Source: an uncultured Verrucomicrobiae bacterium (lineage in GTDB: Bacteria > Verrucomicrobiota > Verrucomicrobiia > Limisphaerales > Palsa-1400). Taken from it: a DNA stretch of 64,000 nucleotides. Numbering within the stretch: position 1 is the first letter of the stretch; every line of letters starts with the position of its first letter. A program made the position numbers and the translations under genes. Shown one piece after another: positions 9,258-17,790 of this stretch. Location of the stretch: NCBI GenBank assembly GCA_963764165.1, contig CAVXRD010000002.1:3264001-3328000 (forward strand), given 5' to 3'. The notes beneath the pieces are model-generated. The model searched no databases and was not told the DNA's origin. It saw only the letters and a list, made by a program, of their open reading frames with translations.

Positions 9258-9578
9258 ATGAGTTGCGTGTTTAAGAATCGACTGGCCGAATGCCGTGCCG
9301 CCAAAGGGATCAAAAAATCTCAGCTGGCGTATTACATCGGCAAGAGCCGGGGGTATGTGACGCGCCTGGAGGATGGCGACATTTCCCCAAGTGCCGAGGC
9401 CATGGTGCGCATTGCCCGTTATTTCGGCAAGCCGGTCGAGGACATTTTCCAACTGGTCGAGGAGGGCAAGCAAATGAAGGCGGGCGAATCGACATTAGCC
9501 AATTTCAGCAAAGAACAATTTCCCGTTCGTGTCGGCAACGCGCGGGACTCAGTAACCACGCCGATTAACAGTAAATAA
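9258..9578 (+). CDS. XRE/Cro-like HTH regulator
   Basis: NRLAECRAAKGIKKSQLAYYIGKSRGYVTRLEDGDISPS...IARYFGKPVEDIF. Confidence 0.88.
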   Translation: MSCVFKNRLAECRAAKGIKKSQLAYYIGKSRGYVTRLEDGDISPSAEAMVRIARYFGKPVEDIFQLVEEGKQMKAGESTLANFSKEQFPVRVGNARDSVTTPINSK

Positions 9579-9586
9579 GAAAGCCT

Positions 9587-9853
9587 ATGCAGATCAAAGT
9601 ACTAGTTATTGACAAGGTGACGGAGACCTTCGACACAAAGAAGGGGGCCAAGACGCTCCACTTGTTGGTGTGTCAGGATCAATCCCGCCCGCCGCTGCGA
9701 AATTCGTTCGATTATGAGATGACGGCGGATGAATTCACCAAGCACGGCGCGGGCCTCGTGGACAAGCTCGTCGAACTCAACATCCGGGATATGACCCAGA
9801 ATTTCGCTGGGCGCATTCGGATGTCGGGGGCCATCCTGAAAGCTGCCGCATAA
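9587..9853 (+). CDS. Small beta-rich protein, probable OB-fold ssDNA-binding protein
   Basis: 88 aa with an alternating beta-strand pattern and an 'FDTKKG' hairpin; TAATG-coupled to the HUH Rep. The fold is inferred. Confidence 0.6.
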   Translation: MQIKVLVIDKVTETFDTKKGAKTLHLLVCQDQSRPPLRNSFDYEMTADEFTKHGAGLVDKLVELNIRDMTQNFAGRIRMSGAILKAAA

Positions 9854-10353
9854 TGGAAACGGCACTGACATATACGCTGCAACGCGTTTGCTGGCAGTTT
9901 TTCGGCTCTCTGACATTCAAGAGTGCCAAACTGCCGGAACGCGTGCGGCTGACGATGTTCTTTGCCCTCGTCCGCTGCCTGTGCCGCTGGCACAAAGTCC
10001 CCTTTCGCAAATGCGTCTGGGCTTTGCGCCAGGAGCCGGGGGAAATCAGCGGACGACTTCACTTTCATTTCCTGATCGCGGGTTTGCCGCCGTATGCCGT
10101 CCAGGTCGCCACATGCATGAGTATCAAGGCGCAATGGGAAGAACTCGGCGGCGGCATGGCTCGCGTCAGGAAATACGATTCGAGAAAACAAGGTCTCGAA
10201 TACACGTTAAAATGTCTCAGCGTCACGAATGGGGGAGCGAATCTCTATGAAGTGGGGAAGTTTTCCTATTCGGCGGATGAGGTGATGTTGGCGAATGCAA
10301 TCTGGGACCGGGCTAATATTGCACGGGTTTCAGATACCCTTGGCACTGCCTAG
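9853..10353 (+). CDS. Minimal HUH rolling-circle replication initiator (Rep)
   Basis: Motif I FFGSLTF, motif II GRLHFHFLI and motif III LEYTLK in canonical order within 166 aa. Confidence 0.85.
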   Translation: METALTYTLQRVCWQFFGSLTFKSAKLPERVRLTMFFALVRCLCRWHKVPFRKCVWALRQEPGEISGRLHFHFLIAGLPPYAVQVATCMSIKAQWEELGGGMARVRKYDSRKQGLEYTLKCLSVTNGGANLYEVGKFSYSADEVMLANAIWDRANIARVSDTLGTA

Positions 10354-10388
10354 TCGAACGCTCGGCGGCAGTAAATTCGTCAACCGAT

Positions 10389-10438
10389 TCGGGCGGGGGG
10401 TGGAGCGCGCGCGGAGCGCGCGCCCACCCCCTGCCCGA
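10389..10438. other. GC-rich ~23-bp hairpin with a GGA triloop just downstream of rep; candidate origin (dso/sso) element
   Basis: TCGGGCGGGGGGTGG(A)GCGCGCGC-GGA-GCGCGCGCCCACCCCCTGCCCGA; no U-tract follows. Confidence 0.55.
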
Positions 10439-10563
10439 TGGCTTGAAGATGAACTCTGTCCAAATGAAATCAACCGAAATGAAAATGCTCTGGAAACTGG
10501 TGAAGCCCAGCGAGCCAGTCCTAGCTGAGAGATGATAAAAACACCGTAATATCATAATACGAT

Positions 10564-11226
10564 ATGAAGCAGATCATTACTAAAGTGGATGTATGCAAGG
10601 CCATTGGCGATTTGGCGGGCCAAGCCAAGAAACCCACGCTGGCCGCCATTCACGCAGCGTTGAATAACCGAGGCTCGATGTCCACGTTGGTGCGTCTAAA
10701 GGCGGAAATTGATGCCGAAGCGCAACCGGTGACAGACTCCCTTGACGGGCTGAAGGCGTTTCGCGAAGTGTGGGCATTGGCTGTCGAGGAAGGCCGTCAA
10801 CAGCAGGAGGGCGCGCTCGTGGAGGCTCGCGAGAGTGTCAAAGCATTGGCTGCTGAAAATGATCGCTTGGAAGGGGTGGCGGTAGCCGCGCACAATCGCG
10901 CCGCCGAGTCGGATATTGCGAGGGCACGCGCCGAAACAGAGTTAATGCAATTTAGAGGCCAGGTGGAAACGGAACTTAAGCAAGCCAGAACCAGCCAAGC
11001 AGAGGCCGCAGCACAAGCAGCCGATGCCTTGCACAAGCTGGCTGCGGATCGCGCAGCACATGCGAATCAAATCGCATTACTCCAGGACAGTGTGGCTGCA
11101 GCGACACGCAAAGCCCATGATCTTGAATTGAATTTGGTCCGTGCTGAAACACTGGTGCAGAAAGAGCAACGTCGAGTTACGACGCGGAAGTCGGCTCGGA
11201 CGGGAGGACAAGAAATTGCGTCATAA
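10564..11226 (+). CDS. KfrA-like DNA-binding coiled-coil protein
   Basis: N-terminal KPTLAAIHAALNNRGSMSTL (KfrA_N-like HTH) followed by a long Ala/Glu/Gln coiled coil. Confidence 0.8.
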   Translation: MKQIITKVDVCKAIGDLAGQAKKPTLAAIHAALNNRGSMSTLVRLKAEIDAEAQPVTDSLDGLKAFREVWALAVEEGRQQQEGALVEARESVKALAAENDRLEGVAVAAHNRAAESDIARARAETELMQFRGQVETELKQARTSQAEAAAQAADALHKLAADRAAHANQIALLQDSVAAATRKAHDLELNLVRAETLVQKEQRRVTTRKSARTGGQEIAS

Positions 11227-11242
11227 CCGGGGACTTCTTGAA

Positions 11243-11572
11243 ATGAACACGGATAAACAAGTTCAAGGAAATCGACCTGCCTGCGTGGGAATGGAAGAGG
11301 CGGCGGCGATTTTCGGATGGCCAAATTATTACCTGCCGTTTCTCATGAGGGCGGGGCATCTAAAGCCGCTGGGCAAGCCAGCGCAGAACGCTCGCAAATG
11401 GTTCGCAAGGATTGAAATCGAGCGGATGAGCGCCGATCCTGTTTGGCTCGACAAGGCTATTCGCATCGTGGAAAGGCAGATTCAGGAGATGAACAAAAAA
11501 GCAAAGGGACAAACAACCATCCTTGACAACAAATTAGGCCCGAATAACGATACAGGGAACGGCCACGAATGA
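11243..11572 (+). CDS. Excisionase-like winged-HTH protein
   Basis: MEEAAAIFGW...LMRAGHLKPLG...KWFAR.EIER pattern; context within the integrative element. Confidence 0.7.
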   Translation: MNTDKQVQGNRPACVGMEEAAAIFGWPNYYLPFLMRAGHLKPLGKPAQNARKWFARIEIERMSADPVWLDKAIRIVERQIQEMNKKAKGQTTILDNKLGPNNDTGNGHE

Positions 11573-11606
11573 CCCGTCAATAAATTTGCAAGCTTCTCTG
11601 TTTTTC

Positions 11607-12173
11607 ATGCCATCGAATGCTTACACAAATCACCTCACCGTCCTGTTAAGTGACGTCAGAGAGTTGCAGACCGCCCACAGTCAACTAAGAACGGGTGCGG
11701 TGGGGCGTCAGTGGGGCTTGGGCGCGTTAAGCCGTGCCGCAGTCGTTCTGGCCGTCTCTTCGTGGGAGGCATACTTGGAAGAAGTTGTCCGGGAGTGCCT
11801 TGAGGCTATTCGTCCGGGAGTGCCGCCTCTTGGCATTTGGCCAGCACTCAACGCTTCGATTCGCGGCGACCTTGGACGCTTCAATACACCAAATGCGGAG
11901 AATACTCGCAAACTGTTCTTGGACAGTTTTGGGATCCCCAATATCACTGGTGAATGGCATTGGCGCAATTGCACGCAGGAACAGGCATGTATCGCACTAA
12001 ATGATGCGCTCACCAAGCGTCATCATATTGCGCATGGCGTCAATCCGAGACCAACTATTCACAATGCTTACGCGAAATGGTTGCCGGGATTTATCGGCAG
12101 GTTGGCGCAGCACACCGATGCAGGACTCCAGCAACACTTTCAAACCACGTTCCACATCAACTTGGCATGGTAA
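11607..12173 (+). CDS. HEPN-domain RNase (RiboL-PSP/MAE_28990-like), putative defence/Abi effector
   Basis: RAAVVLAVSSWEAYLEE helix, FNTPN and an intact RxxxxH motif (RHHIAH). Confidence 0.85.
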   Translation: MPSNAYTNHLTVLLSDVRELQTAHSQLRTGAVGRQWGLGALSRAAVVLAVSSWEAYLEEVVRECLEAIRPGVPPLGIWPALNASIRGDLGRFNTPNAENTRKLFLDSFGIPNITGEWHWRNCTQEQACIALNDALTKRHHIAHGVNPRPTIHNAYAKWLPGFIGRLAQHTDAGLQQHFQTTFHINLAW

Positions 12174-12631
12174 GATTCTCGAAACATATGGTTTGCGTGG
12201 GTTGAAATGTCCAATGACAGGCGCGGCATTTATTCCGTCGGTTCAGGCTTCGCGCGGCAATGAAAAAGTTTGATTGTTAAGCTGCCGTGTGGAATTGATT
12301 TTGTGTTGAACAAACGTTCAACGGCTGAAAGTAAAAGTGCGTCTGAAACCTGCGATGACGAGTAAAATTTCACCTAAACCCAAAAGAAAAGTGAAAAATT
12401 ATGCCCGATCCCAAAGAAGCCGGTATGGACAAGCAAGCGAATCAGCCCGAACCGAAGATGCGCGAATACATACCGTATAAAGGAATGGTATTCCTGTGCA
12501 GGGCGACGCTGACGCGCCATGCGACGGTGAATTCGAGTGGATGCCAGACAACGGTGATTAGACGAAATTAAACAAGTCGGCCAGTGAGTGTAAGCTTGCT
12601 GGCCGATATTGTTTGGCAGCTTAAACACTCT

Positions 12632-12771
12632 CCTTTCCCGTCGGAAAGGGCGCGGAGCGGGGAGGCCAGCGCAGCGGTGGGCAGAGTCCAGAGGCAATGC
12701 CTCTGGCGGCGGGGTTTGGGGACGGCAGGGGAGTCCCCAACGAACCAAAACCGGTTTGGCCGTCACCGGCC
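12632..12771. other. Cluster of short GC-rich hairpins after the integrase 3' end (possible ssi/sso signal)
   Basis: CCTTTCC/GGAAAGG, CCAGAGGC-AAT-GCCTCTGG (12688-12706), TTGGGGAC/GTCCCCAA, CCAAA(A)CCGGTTTGG. Confidence 0.45.
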
Positions 12772-12814
12772 TAGCTGGGGCGTTGGGGCCGTGTCGCAAA
12801 AATTGGCGGGTGCC

Positions 12815-13840
12815 TTACGTCGCCGGGGCAACTTTCACGGAAGCCCGCTGTTCGTAATCCTCCAAGGATGGAATTTTCATCAAGGCCCGTTTCGCGTAGG
12901 CGCGATGGACGGCCTTGCTATTGTGCCCTAATGCCTCCTGCGCGAATCGTTCGGGATAGCCGACCGTCTTGGCGCGTTCCGCCCAAGCATAGCGGTAACT
13001 GTGCAACGTGACGCCGACAATGCCAAGCTGACGGCAACGCGAAGCAAATTCCGTGGCGCGGTCGCCAGCGCGGACGCCGGACAAATAGGGGAAAAGTGGG
13101 CCTTCGCCGGGCAAGTCCTTGAGCAGATTCAACGCCTCACCGCCCAAATGCACTAGTACCGGCACGCCGGTTTTCTTCCGTGTAAAACTCACCGTGCCAT
13201 TTGTCCAGTCCACGTCTTGCCCCTTCAAGTTAGCGATGTCGCCTTGGCTCGCGCCAAGGTGCCAGCACAATTGATACAGCGTCTTGCGTTCGGGGTTCCC
13301 TTCGGCGGCAATGATTCGCTGGTGTTCCGCAAGGGTGATGGCGCGTTTCTCCTTGTAGTGAATGGCGGGCCATTGTCGGCGCGGAATGACCGTGGCGGGG
13401 AGCCAGTTCATATCAACAGCGAAATTGTGAACCTTCCGCAAAAACGCGTTGGTTGAAACCGTGCCGGAACGCAACACGGCCAGCAAGTGCTCAGCTTGCG
13501 TTTCGATCAAGACACGGTCGAGGATCGAGGTGAACGCTTTGTCCTTGGCGGCGGATTTCCATCGCGTTTGCGTGGGGCCGGTTTTGAAGGCGATAATTTC
13601 TTCCAGCACGTTTCCCCAAGTGCGAGTGCTCACGAGTGGGTCACTGTGGCGGAGATAAACGCGGGCCAGGCTCAAGTTCATGGCGGGCTGTTTGCCTGCC
13701 TCGTTCATGGCCATCAGCAGCCGATTTGCCTCGGCTTTGTCCTTGGTCTTGAGGCTGGTAAATGTTTTGGTGGTGTCGTCGAAGGCGTAATAGACGCTCT
13801 TGCGGCGAAGGAATAAACGATAACGCAGTTTCATGTTCAT
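12815..13840 (-). CDS. Tyrosine recombinase/integrase
   Basis: RKKTG, LHSYRY (HxxR), LGHNS and HRAY (catalytic Tyr); adjacent to the tRNA att site. Box I reads LGASQGD. Confidence 0.93.
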   Translation of the reverse strand: MNMKLRYRLFLRRKSVYYAFDDTTKTFTSLKTKDKAEANRLLMAMNEAGKQPAMNLSLARVYLRHSDPLVSTRTWGNVLEEIIAFKTGPTQTRWKSAAKDKAFTSILDRVLIETQAEHLLAVLRSGTVSTNAFLRKVHNFAVDMNWLPATVIPRRQWPAIHYKEKRAITLAEHQRIIAAEGNPERKTLYQLCWHLGASQGDIANLKGQDVDWTNGTVSFTRKKTGVPVLVHLGGEALNLLKDLPGEGPLFPYLSGVRAGDRATEFASRCRQLGIVGVTLHSYRYAWAERAKTVGYPERFAQEALGHNSKAVHRAYAKRALMKIPSLEDYEQRASVKVAPAT

Positions 13841-13908
13841 GCGTCATCCAGCCTACCGGGGCGAAGATTCCGTTAGTCAGGCAATAGCGGGAGAATCCTC
13901 CCGAATTG

Positions 13909-13962
13909 TGGCGCAATTCTGGCGCAATCCGAAAATTGTTAGCCAAACTGTTAGCCATTGAC
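13909..13962 (+). repeat. Tandem motifs TGGCGCAAT x2 and (TG)TTAGCCA x2 between the integrase and att; probable arm/accessory binding sites
   Basis: Read directly; the second motif matches 2389-2424. Confidence 0.65.
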
Positions 13963-14004
13963 TTTCCGTGTCTCCTAACTCCTTGCCGCGCACGCGGTTA
14001 GAAT

Positions 14005-14079
14005 TGGAGGCGAGGGTCGGAATCGAACCGACGGATACAGCTTTTGCAGAGCCGTGCCTTACCACTTGGCGACCCCGCC
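14005..14079 (-). tRNA. tRNA-Cys (GCA)
   Basis: GGCGGGG acceptor stem, CTGCAAA anticodon loop, GGTTCGATTCC T arm, U discriminator and encoded CCA. Confidence 0.97.
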
Positions 14080-14327
14080 TTCCAGTTCTCCATCCTATTG
14101 TCCTTTTTCGCTAAATCAAGTTATGTTTTTCGCCGCGCTTTTTGAGGGTTGGTGTTTGAAAGAGGTCGTCGCAATTGAATTTGCCGTCGATTAGAGCGTC
14201 ATGCGGTCAATATGCCGCGACTGTTCTGCGACACAGCCGCTCTCCGTCAAACGGCACTGCGTCCGTGTCACTCCATCTGCAGAGTTCTTCCTTCCAGCGC
14301 GATCGGGCGCGCGGTATTCTCCGGGCA

Positions 14328-14759
14328 GTGAGTGATAAAGCAGAACGCATCGCCCGCATGATCGGGACCGGAGCCTGGGTCGGCGACGGAATCAACCCCT
14401 ATTACCTGGGGTTTATAGAACGCTTTAATAACGGAGAATTTTATGAAGCGCACGACGTCCTCGAGCAACTGTGGCTCGCCGACCGGCAGGGGCCGAACGG
14501 AGCATTTTACAAAGGGCTGATTCAGTTGGCCGGAGCCTTTGTGCATCTCCAAAAGGGCCGGCTGCGCCCTTCATCTGCGCTTTTCAAACTGGCTAACGCG
14601 AACCTGGTGCAGTACCGGGGCACCCATGAAAAATTGGACATTTCAACTGTGCGGGCATTGATTGAATCGTGGGACGGGCGGCTGCGCGTGGGTGACTTCC
14701 AAGTGAACCCACTGCCGACCGGCCCTGCGCCTCGTCTGGATCTCGTTCAATGCACATAA
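14328..14759 (+). CDS. DUF309 family protein
   Basis: FNNGEFYEAHDVLEQLW...FYKGLIQLAGAFVH; the GTG start is estimated. Confidence 0.88.
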   Translation: MSDKAERIARMIGTGAWVGDGINPYYLGFIERFNNGEFYEAHDVLEQLWLADRQGPNGAFYKGLIQLAGAFVHLQKGRLRPSSALFKLANANLVQYRGTHEKLDISTVRALIESWDGRLRVGDFQVNPLPTGPAPRLDLVQCT

Positions 14760-15042
14760 TCTCGGAAAATCGATAATGGTGAGCCCGCGACACTGCGAGC
14801 TTGCGGGTGACGGCCAACGATGAAGCCAAATGAGATCGCCGCACCGATCGTCGATGCGGCCGCTTACCTCGTCTTGGTGTGAAGCAAATCAAGGATGGCA
14901 TAACGTGCGTCGTCAACGGCCTGGCAAATGGAAAAGGACTTTCGCGCTGAGAAGATGAGTGCGCTGAGGAACACAAAATCAAATCCGTCCGAGGCCGCTC
15001 AAAAAACATCGCAATCCGTTCCGCGGGCCGTATTGTCCTGCT

Positions 15043-15279
15043 ATGAAGCTGCAGCAAGGCCAGGTCTGGAAACAGGGCAAGGAATACATTCGCATCGTCA
15101 GACTGGAGCGCCTCGAAGTGGAATATAAATGCCTGGCCAGCCTCGCCAGCAAAGCGGGAACCCGGCACGTTACCAGCAAAAAGGATTTCTGCCGTCTCTT
15201 AAAACAAGCCCGCCTTCTGGAACTCAAAAAGCCCGAGGCTGTTGAGAGCGACGAAACGCTGCCTCAGGCAATTTTATGA
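15043..15279 (+). CDS. Small hypothetical protein (78 aa)
   Basis: ATG start, protein-like composition (MKLQQGQVWK...YIRIVRLERLEVEYK), ATGA overlap with the next ORF. Confidence 0.65.
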   Translation: MKLQQGQVWKQGKEYIRIVRLERLEVEYKCLASLASKAGTRHVTSKKDFCRLLKQARLLELKKPEAVESDETLPQAIL

Positions 15280-15482
15280 CAACCATCGCCAGCCGATATC
15301 TCGACACGACTGTGTTCGCAAAAGCAAAATTGGCCCTTGGTCTCGGTGCGATGATCGTGCTGGTGAGCAGCGCGACAACGATCGCTCGTGCGGATGACGC
15401 ATCCAGCAATCAACTTTCCACAAGCGACATTTTCAAAAAGGCTCAAGAGAAATATGTGAACCTAAAGCTTTCGCCAGGGTGA
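15276..15482 (+). pseudogene. Possible truncated secreted protein (signal peptide plus ~30 aa)
   Basis: Hydrophobic stretch and A-R-A cleavage site, then an early stop. Confidence 0.4.
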
Positions 15483-15540
15483 GTTTACCCGCTGGAACAG
15501 CAGCGCGGATCCATCGCTCTGAGCCTGAATAACGAGAGCT

Positions 15541-17298
15541 TCAAAGCCGCCGGGCGTTGCGCATAACGGATGAGATAATTGCAATCATTTTGTCATTGGT
15601 CGCCGCATCTTTGACCGCAATGCGGATCGTTCGCGGTCCAAAGCGGGCGCCCATTGATGATGCGTCGCGCAAAAACAATCCCTGTTTTTGACACGCGAGC
15701 GCCAATTCCTTCGCGGCGGGCGAATGCTCCGGCAGCTGGGCAAGCAGGAAATTGGCGGTTCCCGGAATGACTTGCCACTCCAGCGCTTCGAGTCCTTCGC
15801 GCAGGCTTTCGCGCAAGAGATGTGTCTCGGCGTAGCGCTCCGAATAGTATCCAGGGTCTTGCAGCGCCCGCGTGACCGCAACTTGAGCCAGCAGGCCTAC
15901 AACCCAAGGCGGCGTGATGGCCCGCAGTGCCTCCAATTGATGCGGCCCCGCGCAAAGATACGCCGCCCGCGCGCCGCTCAAGGCGTAGACTTTGGACATC
16001 GATTTGCAGACGATGACGTTTTCGGTCCGCGCCGCGAAACGCTCCAGAGATTCGTCTCGACCGGCGTATTCGATATATGTTTCGTCCACCCAAACTCGCG
16101 TGCGTTCGGGAACTTGCCGCAGAATTCCTTCGAGGATGGGGCGTGAAATGTGCCTGCCGGTTGGGCTGTTTGGATTTACCAGCACCACGAGATCATACCC
16201 GTGCTGGCACGCCGTTCGCAGCAGATCAAGATCAACTCCAAAACCGTTTTCTCGCGCAAGCGGCAACCGGTCGACGGTGCAGCCAATCACTTGTTCGAGG
16301 ACATGCGCGTATTCGCCATAAGTCGGATCCAAAATCAAGACGTGGGACTCCGGCGTGAGCCAACTTCGCAACGCCCGGAAAATCAGATCCGAAGAACCGG
16401 CGCCCGGCAATATGCTTTTGGCCTCCACGCCGCGCGCTTCCGCAATCGCTTCCATCATGCCTTCGCATCCAGTAGGTGGAGAAGTCTTGACCAGCCATCC
16501 CAGATGTTCTTGCAAGGCGGCGGTGACTTGTGGTGACGGCGGAAACCACGCATCCAGCACATCCGCATTGATGATCTTCGAACTGCGTTCCAGCGTTTCG
16601 AATCGTTCGCCGATCCCCTTGAAGAACGCGCCGCCGTGAAAACATTCGGCTGGCTTGTAATAGCCGAAATTCAATTGCCAACGCACCTTGCCTTGGAGCC
16701 GCGCAAGTCTTCCTCGAAATGGCGCAAGAGCCGCCCTGATTTCAGCCACGGCGGCATGCAGCAAAACGTAGTCGACTAAACCGCATCGCGCCGATTTCCC
16801 GACTGGCTGCAGCCCAACCTTCAAATAGAGATCCAGGATTTCCCGACGCCCAATGGCCACGATATGCGAGCCGCCGTGGGATTCGACCCATCGGAAGGCC
16901 GCATACATTAATGGAAACGCGACTTCACTTCCCCGGAAGCCTTTGATCACGGTGAGGAGCCGGATTTCGTGAAGGTCATCATCGACCGCAAACGGCAGCG
17001 ACTTGCGCTCAAAATATTTGTCGATGGAATACCGATGCGCGCCCGGCGGAGTGACGCTGATGAATCCGGCAATGTTGCCGCCGACCCTCGCGATGATGTA
17101 GACGTTGGCAGCATCCAGCGAATCTTGAAGGCGCGCATCGGCGCTGGCCGGATGCTGTCCCAATTCGCAGGCATATACTTCATGACGAATGCGGTAAATT
17201 TCCTCCCGATCCTTGTCATCCGCCACGGAAACAGAGAAGCACCCCGTCGGCGCGCAATTGGGAGCCCGCCCACTCCGGCGCAATAGCGTAGTAGTCAT
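15541..17298 (-). CDS. Fusion of an N-terminal GNAT/N-acyl amino-acid synthase-like domain and a C-terminal PLP-dependent HisC/CobD-like domain
   Basis: IYRIRHEVYA.ELG and EIRLLTV (GNAT); PTYGEY, VNPNSPTG, VDETY and SMSKVYALSGAR (class I/II aminotransferase PLP Lys). Confidence 0.88.
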   Translation of the reverse strand: MTTTLLRRSGRAPNCAPTGCFSVSVADDKDREEIYRIRHEVYACELGQHPASADARLQDSLDAANVYIIARVGGNIAGFISVTPPGAHRYSIDKYFERKSLPFAVDDDLHEIRLLTVIKGFRGSEVAFPLMYAAFRWVESHGGSHIVAIGRREILDLYLKVGLQPVGKSARCGLVDYVLLHAAVAEIRAALAPFRGRLARLQGKVRWQLNFGYYKPAECFHGGAFFKGIGERFETLERSSKIINADVLDAWFPPSPQVTAALQEHLGWLVKTSPPTGCEGMMEAIAEARGVEAKSILPGAGSSDLIFRALRSWLTPESHVLILDPTYGEYAHVLEQVIGCTVDRLPLARENGFGVDLDLLRTACQHGYDLVVLVNPNSPTGRHISRPILEGILRQVPERTRVWVDETYIEYAGRDESLERFAARTENVIVCKSMSKVYALSGARAAYLCAGPHQLEALRAITPPWVVGLLAQVAVTRALQDPGYYSERYAETHLLRESLREGLEALEWQVIPGTANFLLAQLPEHSPAAKELALACQKQGLFLRDASSMGARFGPRTIRIAVKDAATNDKMIAIISSVMRNARRL

Positions 17299-17370
17299 GG
17301 CGCAACATTAATGTCGTGACTTAAACAACCGTTAATCGAAAAACTTGCGCTGCCATCGAAATAATCAATA

Positions 17371-17736
17371 ATGAAGCGCCGAACCCTCAAGCGACATCGT
17401 CCTGGCTGCAAGTCCGGGCTTCATCACAATGTCTATGTCGTCCTTCTGGACCCAGCCGTCAGCAAGCTGCGAAAGGTCCGGGCGGAAAACCCCAAGCGAG
17501 ATCCAAAAAAACAGTGCATTTATGTTGGAATGACCGGCCTCACTCCCAAAGAGCGGTTCGCCAACCACAAAGCAGGCATCAAAGCAGCCGCGGTTGTCAA
17601 ACGCTACGGGATTCGCCTTCTGCCCGAGTTGTTCGAGCACTTGAATCCGATGCCGTACGACGTCGCCGTTGAGATGGAAGCGGGTTTGGCCGAGGATTTG
17701 CGCAGAGTGGGCTACACGGTGACGGGTGGGCATTAA
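17371..17736 (+). CDS. GIY-YIG-like small protein
   Basis: NVYVV...CIYVGMTG...ERF.NH...E. Confidence 0.75.
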   Translation: MKRRTLKRHRPGCKSGLHHNVYVVLLDPAVSKLRKVRAENPKRDPKKQCIYVGMTGLTPKERFANHKAGIKAAAVVKRYGIRLLPELFEHLNPMPYDVAVEMEAGLAEDLRRVGYTVTGGH

Positions 17737-17790
17737 CCGACGTATATTTTTTGTATAGTCTTTATTCCGAAGAGAGTATTTCATTTTGCC

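Larger units (their letters stand above)
2267..14026. mobile_element. ~11.7-kb integrative element at tRNA-Cys with a tyrosine integrase and an HUH rolling-circle replication module (IME/satellite-like)
   Basis: 23-bp att duplication; integrase next to the tRNA; ImmR/ImmA/Cro-like switch, SSB-like, HUH Rep and Xis-like genes; matching 12-bp tandem repeats near both ends. Confidence 0.9.

Noticed and set aside
12401..12571. 56-codon ORF between the HEPN gene and the integrase
   Set aside because: No motif or clear RBS; cannot be supported.
2267..14026. Complete filamentous prophage or ICE
   Set aside because: No pI/Zot ATPase, small coat proteins, VirB4 or coupling protein was recognised.
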